From contig CAYGST010000001.1 of the NCBI GenBank assembly GCA_964352415.1, forward strand, positions 1 through 40,958: DNA of 40,958 nt, given 5' to 3'. Shown one piece after another: positions 9,099 through 17,495 of this stretch. Within the stretch, counting starts at the first letter, position 1. Each line of letters begins with the position of its first letter. The notes beneath the pieces are model-generated. The model saw only the letters and a list, made by a program, of their open reading frames with translations. It was not told the origin of the DNA and did not search any database. The stretch comes from an uncultured Planctomycetaceae bacterium (GTDB lineage: Bacteria > Planctomycetota > UBA1135 > GCA-002686595). Both the position numbers and the translations under genes were made by a program.

Positions 9099-9363
9099 AG
9101 TAGCTGTCCTCTCGAAGGAAACGTGGTTCCGAAGTCCCCCCAGCGTGGGGGCGCGATGCTCAGCAGGCCGTGGTTGAACTACCCTCCGCCGAGAGCGGTG
9201 CCGCGGGGCCCGAAGTGGGCCGCGAGTTGCTGCTCTTGGACGGATTGAGTTCTAGCACGGGCTGCTAGGCTACCCACTGGTCAGGGCGGGTCAAGCACGG
9301 ACAACCACGACCCGTAGCGTCCCAGGCCTGGATTCGCATCGACGTCCGCGCTACAAGGGCCCC

Positions 9364-10044
9364 ATGCAGGCCGTCCCGATCGCCCTTTGGATGCTCCGCC
9401 GGGTGAGCGCGACGCCCTTGGGATGGCTCTGGATTCTGGGTTCTGCCACGAGCGTCCCCCTCCTGCTAAGCCTGACTCCCGAGGGCGTGATCGGTCACGG
9501 CGGAGACTCGGGGGAATTGGCGTGCCAGCTGGCCTTCCTCTCCTCGCTGCTCGGATCGATGATGGCCCTGGCCGGACTGGCCCGGAACGACTGGATCCTG
9601 GAGCTCAGCAGTCCGGGCCGAAAGCTGATCGCCCAAGCCACCGGACTCATGACGGCTGGCCTTCTGGGCGCCGGCCTGGTCACCCTCGGCGCGTGGATGC
9701 CAGTCGGCCACGGAACGCAGCCGGGCCCCGGGGCTTGGATCGCCATGGCGCTGACCGCCGGGCACCTCGCCGCCCTCGGCGCGGCGCTGCTCCTCATCCC
9801 CCGCGCACCCCAGTTCCTCCCGGCGGGACTCCCCCTCCTGGCCTGGCTCTTGCCAGCGACCCTCCCGAGCCGCAGCTGGCCGTGGCTGCAGGACTTGCTC
9901 CGCGCTTCGAGAGACCCTGTCTCGCTCCGAGAATGGACTCCTGCTGGATTCCTGGCCTCGATCGGGCCGATCCTTGTCTGGGTGGGACTCTCCTGGTTCC
10001 TCGCCCAGCGCCGGTCCCGCTTGCTGCGACCCAACCCCCAATGA
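9364..10044 (+). CDS. Hypothetical polytopic membrane protein
   Basis: Five to six hydrophobic segments rich in L/A/G/W. Its stop overlaps the ATG of the next gene (ATGA). No recognisable family. Confidence 0.5.
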   Translation: MQAVPIALWMLRRVSATPLGWLWILGSATSVPLLLSLTPEGVIGHGGDSGELACQLAFLSSLLGSMMALAGLARNDWILELSSPGRKLIAQATGLMTAGLLGAGLVTLGAWMPVGHGTQPGPGAWIAMALTAGHLAALGAALLLIPRAPQFLPAGLPLLAWLLPATLPSRSWPWLQDLLRASRDPVSLREWTPAGFLASIGPILVWVGLSWFLAQRRSRLLRPNPQ

Positions 10045-10775
10045 AGTACGGCGTTCTAGGAGACATCCACGGCAACCTGACTGCCCTGGAGACCACACTC
10101 GGCTACCTCCGGGAGCAAGAAGTGGATCGAATCATCAGCCTGGGCGATGTTGTGGGCTACGGCGCAGCCCCGGGAGCCTGCATCGCGAAGCTCCGGGCCG
10201 CCGACGCGATCGTCGTCAAGGGCAACCATGACGCCGCGGTCGCCGACCAGCTCGACCTGATGTACTTCAACCAGTACGCCCGGGAGGCCGTCCGGTGGAC
10301 CCAAACCGTATTGACCGAGGACGAGATCCACTGGCTGGCCGAGCTCCCCCTCCTGGTCGACCTCGAGCACTGCTCGGCTGCCCATGGCACGTACGAGCGC
10401 CCCGAGCGCTTCGACTACATCCAGAGCACGACCGACGGGGATCCGTCCCTGGATGCCATGAAACGCCCGGTCTGCTTCGTCGGCCACACCCACGTGCCGG
10501 TGACCCTGCTACGCCTGACCGAGGATCCCCACCGGACGGCCTACACCTGTGACGAGGTGCTCGACCTCTCCGAGGTCGACAAGGCACTCGTCAACGTGGG
10601 AAGCGTTGGGCAACCACGGGACGACGACCCGCGTACCGCCTGCGCGATCTTCGACAGCGAGGCCGAGCGAATCGTCCTGAAGCGGCTCGAGTACGACATC
10701 GCGTGCGAGGCCGAGAGAATCCGCCGTGCTGGCTTGCCCGGCGTGCTCGCTGACCGCCTGTTCATGGGCGTCTAA
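10041..10775 (+). CDS. Metallophosphoesterase (YfcE/MJ0936-like calcineurin-fold phosphodiesterase)
   Basis: Track ORF 9387..10775 trimmed to ATG 10041. Motifs 'MKYGVLGDIHGN', 'ISLGDVVGYG', 'VKGNHD', 'FVGHTHVP'. Confidence 0.85.
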   Translation: MKYGVLGDIHGNLTALETTLGYLREQEVDRIISLGDVVGYGAAPGACIAKLRAADAIVVKGNHDAAVADQLDLMYFNQYAREAVRWTQTVLTEDEIHWLAELPLLVDLEHCSAAHGTYERPERFDYIQSTTDGDPSLDAMKRPVCFVGHTHVPVTLLRLTEDPHRTAYTCDEVLDLSEVDKALVNVGSVGQPRDDDPRTACAIFDSEAERIVLKRLEYDIACEAERIRRAGLPGVLADRLFMGV

Positions 10776-10829
10776 AGGCCCCTAGAGCCCCACTTAGACC
10801 CCAGACGAGGCGCCTCCTCGCCGACGGAA

Positions 10830-12134
10830 CTACCCGAGTAGGTAGGCGAGCTCGGGAGGCAGCCCCTCGAGCCCACCCTCGCCGAGGCCGGCCTGGAACA
10901 GCGCCTTCAGATCCGCGAGCGGGCGCGAGTCGCCCCGGAAGCAGCACGAACGCGCCTCGGGGTTGGAGCCAGCGCAGATCAGCACCTCGAGAATCGAGGC
11001 GGCGTTGCAGGTGCTCTCGTCGATTTCCATCTCGACCGGCATCTCGTAGCGGTTCACGACCGCCACGATCAGAGAGGCGGGCCGAGCGTGAATCGTCAGG
11101 CCATCGGGAATCTCCAATCGGAGCTCCTCGACCTGGCTAACGGACGAGAGGATCTCGCGCGCCAGGCGCTCGCCACTCGAAAGTACACGATCCGACCAGT
11201 ATAAGAGGCAGTTGAGAGTAATATCTCGAACGCCAGCGCGGTCCACCCACTGCTCCATGCGGCTGCCGAGCCCCTCCGGACGTCCCCCGCCGTGCCGCTC
11301 CACGAAGTGCACGAGGCCCGTGACCGCTTCGAGCATGTGGAAGGACGCGGAGGCGTGCCCCCGGAGCAGGGGGAGTCGCTCATCCCGGGACTCGAGGCTG
11401 GTGCCCTTCAGGTAGGTGTCGTAGGCCGACTGCAGGTTGTGAACGGTGGCCTCGTAGACCCGGGCCCGCTCCTCGGTGCAGATCTTCGACAGGAAGGCCT
11501 CCCGTTCCTCGGCGTCGTGGACGCGCCGGATACCGATCTGCGCAAACATGTCGCACACCTGCAGGTACTTGCTGGCCACGCCGGCCACCTGGAGGTCTTC
11601 CTCTTCCAGCAGCTCGTCTCCGAGGTTGTTCGGGAGCCGCAGGTTGACGACCCCAGCCACCGCGCGGTCCTCTGGGTACAACTTATCGCCCCACTGAACC
11701 CCAAGTGTCCCCGCTTCCTGCCGGCAGGCCTGGAGCAGGCGCAGCAGGGTGTCCAGCACGAACGCGCGAGCCTGCTCGACTGCCGAACGGCACTCCGTCG
11801 CGACCTCGGGATCCGCGGAGAGCAGCGTTGCGTAGCCGTCGAGCCGGTTCCAAAGGTGCTCCAGCGCGAAGCCGACCCCCGCGAATCCCCGCAGCGAGGC
11901 CACGACCTCCCGCAGGAACACGTAGGCCTGGTTGTGCTTCGCACCGTGGTCGTCGAGGAAGGCCTCGACGAGATCCGCCTCGATGCCCAGCTGGTACAGC
12001 TGCAGGCGTCGCTTGGCGGGGTCCGGCCGGGTCTCGAGGCTGTTCGCCAGGCGAAACAGCATCTCCGCTTCGGCGGCGAGGACGCCGGCGAAACGCTCCT
12101 CGGTGATCACACGGTCCAGGGAAGTCTCAGTCAT
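10830..12134 (-). CDS. Fusion protein: ~340-aa all-helical domain of unknown function + C-terminal PTS HPr-like phosphocarrier domain
   Basis: Trimmed to ATG 12134 (MTETSLDRV). C-terminal 'LRLEIPDGLTIHARPASLIVAVVNRYEMPVEMEIDESTCNAASILEVLICAGSNPEARSCCFRGDS' matches the HPr pattern (GLHARPA His15 site; NAxSI Ser46 region). Confidence 0.75.
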   Translation of the reverse strand: MTETSLDRVITEERFAGVLAAEAEMLFRLANSLETRPDPAKRRLQLYQLGIEADLVEAFLDDHGAKHNQAYVFLREVVASLRGFAGVGFALEHLWNRLDGYATLLSADPEVATECRSAVEQARAFVLDTLLRLLQACRQEAGTLGVQWGDKLYPEDRAVAGVVNLRLPNNLGDELLEEEDLQVAGVASKYLQVCDMFAQIGIRRVHDAEEREAFLSKICTEERARVYEATVHNLQSAYDTYLKGTSLESRDERLPLLRGHASASFHMLEAVTGLVHFVERHGGGRPEGLGSRMEQWVDRAGVRDITLNCLLYWSDRVLSSGERLAREILSSVSQVEELRLEIPDGLTIHARPASLIVAVVNRYEMPVEMEIDESTCNAASILEVLICAGSNPEARSCCFRGDSRPLADLKALFQAGLGEGGLEGLPPELAYLLG

Positions 12135-12371
12135 GGGGGCCAGGGCCTCCAGAGAGGCGGGGGGCAGCCTAGCAAATGGGAACTCCCGCCCGCAGAACCC
12201 AGGGATCACGCACTCCCGCTCAAGACGGGGCGGGCCCCGGGCCGACCTGTAGGGCTAGCCGCAACGGCCGTCTTTTCGGCCGATTCCACGAACGCGGTCC
12301 CCGTCTATCGGCCCCCGGGCAATGCCCTTCGGCCCCAGCTATCCGCCAGCCCCCTGGCGCGGAGGCGAGCC

Positions 12372-13232
12372 ATTTCTGCCGAACGCTGCCTCGAGACCTA
12401 TCTCCAGGAAATCAACGAAGTCGCCCTCCTCACCGCGGACCAGGAGAAGGAGCTCGGCCGCCGTATCCAGGCGGGGGACCAGGAGGCCCGTGAGCACCTC
12501 ATCCGGGCCAACCTGCGTCTGGTCGTGTCCGTCGCGAAGATGTACGCGGAGCGCGGACTGAGCCTCCCTGACCTCATCGCCGAGGGAAACATCGGCCTCA
12601 TCAAGGCCTCCGAGAAGTTCGACCCCGATGCGGGCTGTCGCTTCTCCACCTACGGCACCTGGTGGATCAAGCAATCGATCCGCCGCGCGCTGACCAACAC
12701 GGTCAAGTCCGTGCGCGTGCCGAGCTACATGCACGAGATCATCTCGAAGTGGCGCGTCGTGAGCCAGGAGCTCGCGTACCACCTGGGCCGCACGCCCACG
12801 GTCGAGGAAGTCGCGGAGGAGCTCGGAGTCCCCAAGAACAACTGGCCCCTGCTGAAGCGCACGATCGTGAGCTCCGGCATGGGACCCCAGGTCTCCCTCG
12901 ACGTTCTCTCGCAGAACCAGGACACGGTGGAGGACTCGGGAACGAAGACGCCCGAAGAGGTCGTGGTCGACGTCGACCTCCTGCACCGCCTCCACGAGCT
13001 GCTCGGCGTGATCGACGAACGCGACGCGGAGATCCTGCGGCTGCGCTACGGACTGGGTGCCACCCAGGATCCCCTGACTCTCAAGGAGATCGGTAAGATC
13101 GTCGGCCTCACGCGAGAGCGGGTGCGCCAGATCGAACAGGAGGCGCTCCGCAAGCTCTACGCCGTGATGAGCGGAGAGAACACCAATACCGACCTCGCAA
13201 CGAAGAGCCGCAAGGCCAAGCGGAAAGCCTGA
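12372..13232 (+). CDS. RpoD/SigA-family sigma-70 factor (regions 1.2-4, no region 1.1); start codon uncertain (ATT 12372 or CTG 12354)
   Basis: 'LETYLQEINEVALLTADQEKELGRRIQAGD...REHLIRANLRLVVSVAKMY...LPDLIAEGNIGLIKASEKFDP..GCRFSTYGTWWIKQSIRRAL' and region 4 'LTLKEIGKIVGLTRERVRQIEQEALRKL'. No ATG/GTG/TTG occurs in frame between 12120 and region 1.2. GGAGG (12361-12365) lies 6 nt before ATT 12372. Confidence 0.85.
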   Translation: MSAERCLETYLQEINEVALLTADQEKELGRRIQAGDQEAREHLIRANLRLVVSVAKMYAERGLSLPDLIAEGNIGLIKASEKFDPDAGCRFSTYGTWWIKQSIRRALTNTVKSVRVPSYMHEIISKWRVVSQELAYHLGRTPTVEEVAEELGVPKNNWPLLKRTIVSSGMGPQVSLDVLSQNQDTVEDSGTKTPEEVVVDVDLLHRLHELLGVIDERDAEILRLRYGLGATQDPLTLKEIGKIVGLTRERVRQIEQEALRKLYAVMSGENTNTDLATKSRKAKRKA

Positions 13233-13247
13233 GTTCGACCCGCGTGA

Positions 13248-13270
13248 GCGCGGTCCGGAAGGGACCGCGC
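13248..13270 (+). terminator. GC hairpin after the sigma gene (9-bp stem GCGCGGTCC/GGACCGCGC, loop GGAAG), no U-tract
   Basis: Perfect inverted repeat read directly. Sits between the sigma stop (13232) and the hemW GTG (13276). Confidence 0.35.
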
Positions 13271-13275
13271 TCTAC

Positions 13276-14409
13276 GTGCACCTGCCGTTCTGCGCGGCGA
13301 AGTGCCACTACTGCGACTTCTTCTCCGTGCCCTCCGAGGGGCAAGACATCGACGCCGTCGTCGATGCCGTGCTGGCCGAAGCGCGCCAACGCGCACCGCG
13401 CAAGCCGCGCACCGTGTTCGTCGGCGGGGGTACGCCCTCCCTGCTCGACCCGACCCAGATGAAGCGCTTCCTCGTCGAGCTCGACGAGGCAACGCAGTTC
13501 ACCAGCTCCGCCACCGAGGTCACCCTCGAGTGCAACCCCGAGAGCCTGGACCGCGACAAGGCCGCGCTCATGCTCGACCTCGGAGTCAACCGACTGTCGA
13601 TCGGATTCCAGTCCCTCGAGCTCGACACGCTGAAGCTGTTCGGTCGCGTGCACGACGTCGACGAGTCCTTCCGCGCCTACGAGGCCGCTCGCGCAGCGGG
13701 CGTGCCGGACGTGAACATCGATCTCATCTACGCCTCGCCCGGCCATAGCGCCCCGGCCTGGCGCAGCGCGCTGTCCCGCGTGCTCGACCTCGCGCCCGAT
13801 CATCTCTCCGCTTACAACCTCGCCTTCGAGGAGGACACGGTGTTCAGTCGCTGGCTCGCGAGCGGAAAGCTCCAGCAGCTCGACGAGGAGCTCGAGCTCG
13901 AATTGTTCCACGTGACGCGCGAGCTGACGGGCGCGCGCGGACTGCGTCCGTACGAGATCTCGAACTACGCCCGTGACGGCCGGGCCTGCGCGCACAACGA
14001 GAACTACTGGTCGAACGGCGAGTACGTCGGCATCGGCCCGTCCGCCGTCGGCTACGTGGCGGGGGCGCGCAGCGGCAACGCGCGGGGAACGACCTCGTAC
14101 GTCGCGTCCATCCGGGCCGACGGTCACGCCAACGCGTGGACAGAGACGCTCGAGCCCTCGGCGCGTCTCGGCGAGACCTGGTGGCTGGGGCTGCGCCGGA
14201 CCCGCGGCGTCGATCCGTCCGAGGCCCGGCGCGCGGCAGACTTCACCGAAGGCTCCGACCCCGCGATCGAGACGGCCGAGACGATGGTCGGCTACGGACT
14301 GCTGGAGCTCGACGGCACGCGCTACCGGCTGACCGCCCAGGGCCTGCCCGTCGCCGACCGCGTCGCCCGCGAGTTCCTCGTCGTGCCGGAGCCGGAGTCC
14401 GGAACCTGA
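13276..14409 (+). CDS. hemW: Radical SAM heme chaperone HemW (oxygen-independent coproporphyrinogen-III oxidase-like)
   Basis: 'HLPFCAAKCHYCDFFS' CxxxCxxC radical-SAM motif at the N-terminus. 'VFVGGGTPSLL', 'LECNPESL', 'NRLSIGFQS', 'DLIYASPGHS', C-terminal HemN_C-like region. Confidence 0.9.
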   Translation: MHLPFCAAKCHYCDFFSVPSEGQDIDAVVDAVLAEARQRAPRKPRTVFVGGGTPSLLDPTQMKRFLVELDEATQFTSSATEVTLECNPESLDRDKAALMLDLGVNRLSIGFQSLELDTLKLFGRVHDVDESFRAYEAARAAGVPDVNIDLIYASPGHSAPAWRSALSRVLDLAPDHLSAYNLAFEEDTVFSRWLASGKLQQLDEELELELFHVTRELTGARGLRPYEISNYARDGRACAHNENYWSNGEYVGIGPSAVGYVAGARSGNARGTTSYVASIRADGHANAWTETLEPSARLGETWWLGLRRTRGVDPSEARRAADFTEGSDPAIETAETMVGYGLLELDGTRYRLTAQGLPVADRVAREFLVVPEPESGT

Positions 14410-14428
14410 CTCAGGTTCCGAACTCCGG
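14392..14428. terminator. Bidirectional hairpin between convergent hemW and the FG-GAP gene
   Basis: CCGGAGT-C-CGGAACCTGA c TCAGGTTCCG-A-ACTCCGG: a 10-bp plus a 7-bp stem with one internal mismatch. Includes the hemW stop codon. Confidence 0.5.
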
Positions 14429-14436
14429 CACCGGGC

Positions 14437-16131
14437 TCAAGGCACCAACGAGAGAGCGAGGGCGTTCGAAGCATTGAACTGCTGACTGCACGGTCCGGCC
14501 GGGTCTCGATAGAGCAGCTGCAGGTAGCGCGCCTCGCCCGCGTTCGCGACGTCATCGCCGAGCGGTACGCCGCTGTACTCGACGAGGCCAGCCCGCCCCG
14601 TCCAGCGCGGACCTCCGACGACGTGCACGCCCCTCGCGCCTCCACCGACGCAGAGCAAGCCGTCGCCCGCCAGCGACCACGTGGGGGAGCGCCCCAGGAC
14701 GAGAAGCGCCACTCGCCCTCGAGGAAGTCGATCCGCGATCAGGCGCAGATCGGCCCGACGCACGCTGAGCGAACCCGTCGCCGAGAGCCGTCCACCGGCG
14801 CCGGTCGAGTTGCGGCAGCCTCCCTCGTCGGCGAGGTTCCCACACGGGCAGGAGGTCCCGAAGCAGTAGGCCGCGTGCTGCGGAACGCTGTCGAGCGCGA
14901 CGATCGACACGGAACCCTGTCCCGGGTTCTGTGGATTCACGTTCGAGTCGCCGAACGTCCCGAACGCGGCGTACCCCGGACCGATGGCAACCGCAGAGCC
15001 GTACCCGCTCGCCGTGGTGAGCTTCGGTCGCCGCGGCGAAGGCAGCTCCAGCCAGTTCGCGCCGGAGCGACCGAACAGCCAGGCGTCACCGGAGCCGGGC
15101 GCATCGGCGCTGGCGAGAGGGCTCGAGGTGAACAGCAGGGTCCCTGCGAGCTCGACGGCGAAGCCGAAGGCCTGTTGAGGTCGCGGCTGCGGCGGAACCA
15201 GGACTGCGCCCGCGATCCACGCGGACGGACTGCGATCGAACATCTGAACGCAGCCGGAGTCGAGCGCCCCGACATCCGCCTGCGGCGCCCCGACGGCGAG
15301 CTCGTCGACCCCGAGGCTCACCGCGAAGCCGAAGGCATCGTGCGCACCCCCATCGGGATCCTCCAGTCGCTGGCAAACGGCCCACGAGCCGCCGCTCTCC
15401 TCGAACACGTAGACCCGACCCGACTCCTTCGCGCTCCCGAAGGCCCGCGGCGCCCCGACCACAACCGTCTCTCCACGGATCGCAACGGAGGATCCGAATC
15501 GTTGGGGCCCGGGGTTCGGCTCCCCATGAAGAACGGCGACCTGGACCCAACCCTGGACCCCACGCCGGAAGACGAACGCCGCCCCGTCGCCCGGACCGCT
15601 CCCGTCCGCGCCCGGGGCACCGACGACGAGCCGCTCCCCGTCGATCGCAACGGCGCGCCCGAACTCGCCGCACAGAGTCCACGGGGTTGCCAGCAGTCGT
15701 TGGGACTCGACCCAGCCGCCACCGCGCTCGAACAAGTAGACGACTCCGGTCTCGCTCCCTTGTTCTTCCGCGTGGGGCGCCCCAACGATGGCGAAGTCTC
15801 CGGCGAGCCCGACGGATCGACCGAACTGCGCGTGATGGACCGGGTCCGACGGATCGAGGCGAGCGATCTGCGACCAGCCCGTGGCGCCCTGCTCGAAGAC
15901 GTAGGCCGCCCCGACGTCCTGAAGCTGCGGCGCCGGCTCCGCCGCGAAGCTCGAAGCCAGGACGCGCCCCTGATCCGCCGCGAGAGCAAACCCGAAACGG
16001 TCGTAGGCCATCCCGTCATCCGGCGTGAACTCGGCGACCCAGTCCTGGGCCGCTGCGGGGATGGCCACGGGTACGAGGCCGACGAACAGCGCCACCGTTC
16101 GAACCACCGGCTGCATGATGCGAGTCCTCAT
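14437..16131 (-). CDS. Secreted FG-GAP repeat (integrin-alpha-like beta-propeller) protein with Cys-rich C-terminal domain
   Basis: Trimmed to ATG 16131, which has GGAGA 6 nt upstream and a signal peptide (MRTRIMQPVVRTVALFVGLVPVAIPAAAQD). About 7 repeats of 'FG.SVA..GD..VVGAP......G..YVFE'. C-terminal 143 aa start 'CFGTSCPCGN'. Confidence 0.85.
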   Translation of the reverse strand: MRTRIMQPVVRTVALFVGLVPVAIPAAAQDWVAEFTPDDGMAYDRFGFALAADQGRVLASSFAAEPAPQLQDVGAAYVFEQGATGWSQIARLDPSDPVHHAQFGRSVGLAGDFAIVGAPHAEEQGSETGVVYLFERGGGWVESQRLLATPWTLCGEFGRAVAIDGERLVVGAPGADGSGPGDGAAFVFRRGVQGWVQVAVLHGEPNPGPQRFGSSVAIRGETVVVGAPRAFGSAKESGRVYVFEESGGSWAVCQRLEDPDGGAHDAFGFAVSLGVDELAVGAPQADVGALDSGCVQMFDRSPSAWIAGAVLVPPQPRPQQAFGFAVELAGTLLFTSSPLASADAPGSGDAWLFGRSGANWLELPSPRRPKLTTASGYGSAVAIGPGYAAFGTFGDSNVNPQNPGQGSVSIVALDSVPQHAAYCFGTSCPCGNLADEGGCRNSTGAGGRLSATGSLSVRRADLRLIADRLPRGRVALLVLGRSPTWSLAGDGLLCVGGGARGVHVVGGPRWTGRAGLVEYSGVPLGDDVANAGEARYLQLLYRDPAGPCSQQFNASNALALSLVP

Positions 16132-16523
16132 TCGTTCTCCTGCCGACGGGCTGCGACGGCAGGGGTGATGACGCCACCCACGAGCCTCGGTACCGCCTGC
16201 ACCCACCAAATCGGGAACGGGACGCGAACGAGGCCCATGGAGCCGTTGCGAGAACTGCGGAGCGTTGGAAACGAGCGTGCGGAGTCGCCGCCTTGCGGCA
16301 CCTATCGCGAGCGACTCGGATTCCTCACTCGCCACGGGCGAGGCGAGCCCATTCGCGTCCGCCGCGCGCAACCACGACGGGGGCTCACCGCTGGACCCTC
16401 GGTGAGGTGCACACCGACGCACGCCCAGGGTCACGCTCGACCCCTCGGTACTCGCCGGAGCCCTCGCTCTTCCCTGCCCCGATTCAGGGAGTATCCTCTC
16501 CCCTCGCTCGCGCGAGCGCCCCC

Positions 16524-17495
16524 ATGGCCGACCCCGCTCCCGACAAGCCGAAGAAGAAGCCGAAGCGCAAGAAGCGCAAGGGCCTGCCCAGCAAGAGCTT
16601 CTTCCTGCGGGGGATCATCACGATCCTCCCGGCGGTCCTGACGATCTTCCTGCTCGTCACCGTCGTCCAGTTCGCGCAGACCTACGTCACGCAGCCGATC
16701 AACTCGACCATCTACTGGTCGCTCGAGCGCAACGCTCTCGGCTGGAAGGTCCTGAAGAGCCTCGAGATCGACCCGACCTCGCAGAAGTTCCTGGACCCCG
16801 ACGGCCTCCCGCCCGAAGCCCAGGAAGCGCTGCGACGGGAAGGCGTGCAGAGTGAAGCCTTCCGCAACGAGCTGACCATCCTGCGCGACCCCGAGCTCGG
16901 CTTCTTCCGGGACCTCGATGCGCTCGCGATCAACCAGTACAAGCTGCGCAGCGTGGTGCGCACCGTCGTGCACCCGCTCGTCGGCGTGCTCGTCAGCGTC
17001 CTGGTCGTCCTCACGATCGGCTACCTCGCGTCCGGCTTCCTCGGCCGGCGTATGGTCGCCGCGATGGACAAGGCGGCGAAAAACCTGCCGGTCATCCGCT
17101 CGGTCTATCCGTACGCGAAGCAGCTCGTCGAGTTCTTCACCGCGGAGACCGAGTTCGACTTCGACACCGTGGTCGCCGCGCCCTACCCGACCGACGGCGT
17201 CTGGGCTATCGCATTCGTCACGGGCCCCGGACTCAAGTCCATTCACGAAGCCCTGGGCGACCGCTATGTGTCGGTGTTCGTGCCAACCTCTCCGATGCCG
17301 ATGACGGGCTTCACGGTCTTCATCCGAGAGGACCGACTCATCCCCCTGCCAATCAGCGTGGATGAAGCCCTGCGCGTCACCGTCTCCGCAGGTGTGCTGC
17401 TGCCGACCTCTGAGCGCCCGGAGGAGATCGCGAATGCCCTGAAGCACCTCGGCGCGGACGTCGAGCCAGAGAACGAAGAAGGAACGAACGCATGA
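16524..17495 (+). CDS. DUF502 family membrane protein
   Basis: Trimmed to ATG 16524 (MADPAPDKPKKKPKRKKRKG, basic N-terminus). TM 'GIITILPAVLTIFLLVTVV'. 'VFVPTSPMPMTGFTVFIREDRLIPLPISVDEALRVTVSAGV' matches the DUF502 C-terminal core. Confidence 0.85.
   Translation: MADPAPDKPKKKPKRKKRKGLPSKSFFLRGIITILPAVLTIFLLVTVVQFAQTYVTQPINSTIYWSLERNALGWKVLKSLEIDPTSQKFLDPDGLPPEAQEALRREGVQSEAFRNELTILRDPELGFFRDLDALAINQYKLRSVVRTVVHPLVGVLVSVLVVLTIGYLASGFLGRRMVAAMDKAAKNLPVIRSVYPYAKQLVEFFTAETEFDFDTVVAAPYPTDGVWAIAFVTGPGLKSIHEALGDRYVSVFVPTSPMPMTGFTVFIREDRLIPLPISVDEALRVTVSAGVLLPTSERPEEIANALKHLGADVEPENEEGTNA

Noticed and set aside
9325-9350. 'CTGGATTCGCATCGACG', which vaguely resembles the tmRNA 5' end (CTGGATTCGACGGG)
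   Set aside because: There is no tRNA-like acceptor/T-arm partner, no tag reading frame and no GGTTCGA T-loop nearby. No tRNA-like T-loop motif was seen anywhere in the intergenic regions.
11292-12371. Upstream 360 codons of the 646-aa track ORF that contains the sigma factor
   Set aside because: This part overlaps the divergent HPr-fusion gene on the opposite strand and shows no sigma region 1.1-like sequence. Only the portion from about 12354/12372 onward is sigma-like.
13248-13270. GGTCCGGAAGGGACC, reminiscent of the SRP RNA domain IV 'GGUCCGGAAGG' motif
   Set aside because: It is only a 23-nt simple hairpin between two genes. No flanking helices or conserved SRP RNA features are present, and there is too little room for a 4.5S RNA.
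13904-13919. TGTTCCACGTGACGCG, which matches the left half of the local parS
   Set aside because: Only the left arm plus the central CACGTG match (11/16). It lies inside hemW coding sequence (ELFHVTRE). It is most likely chance and not a full palindromic site.
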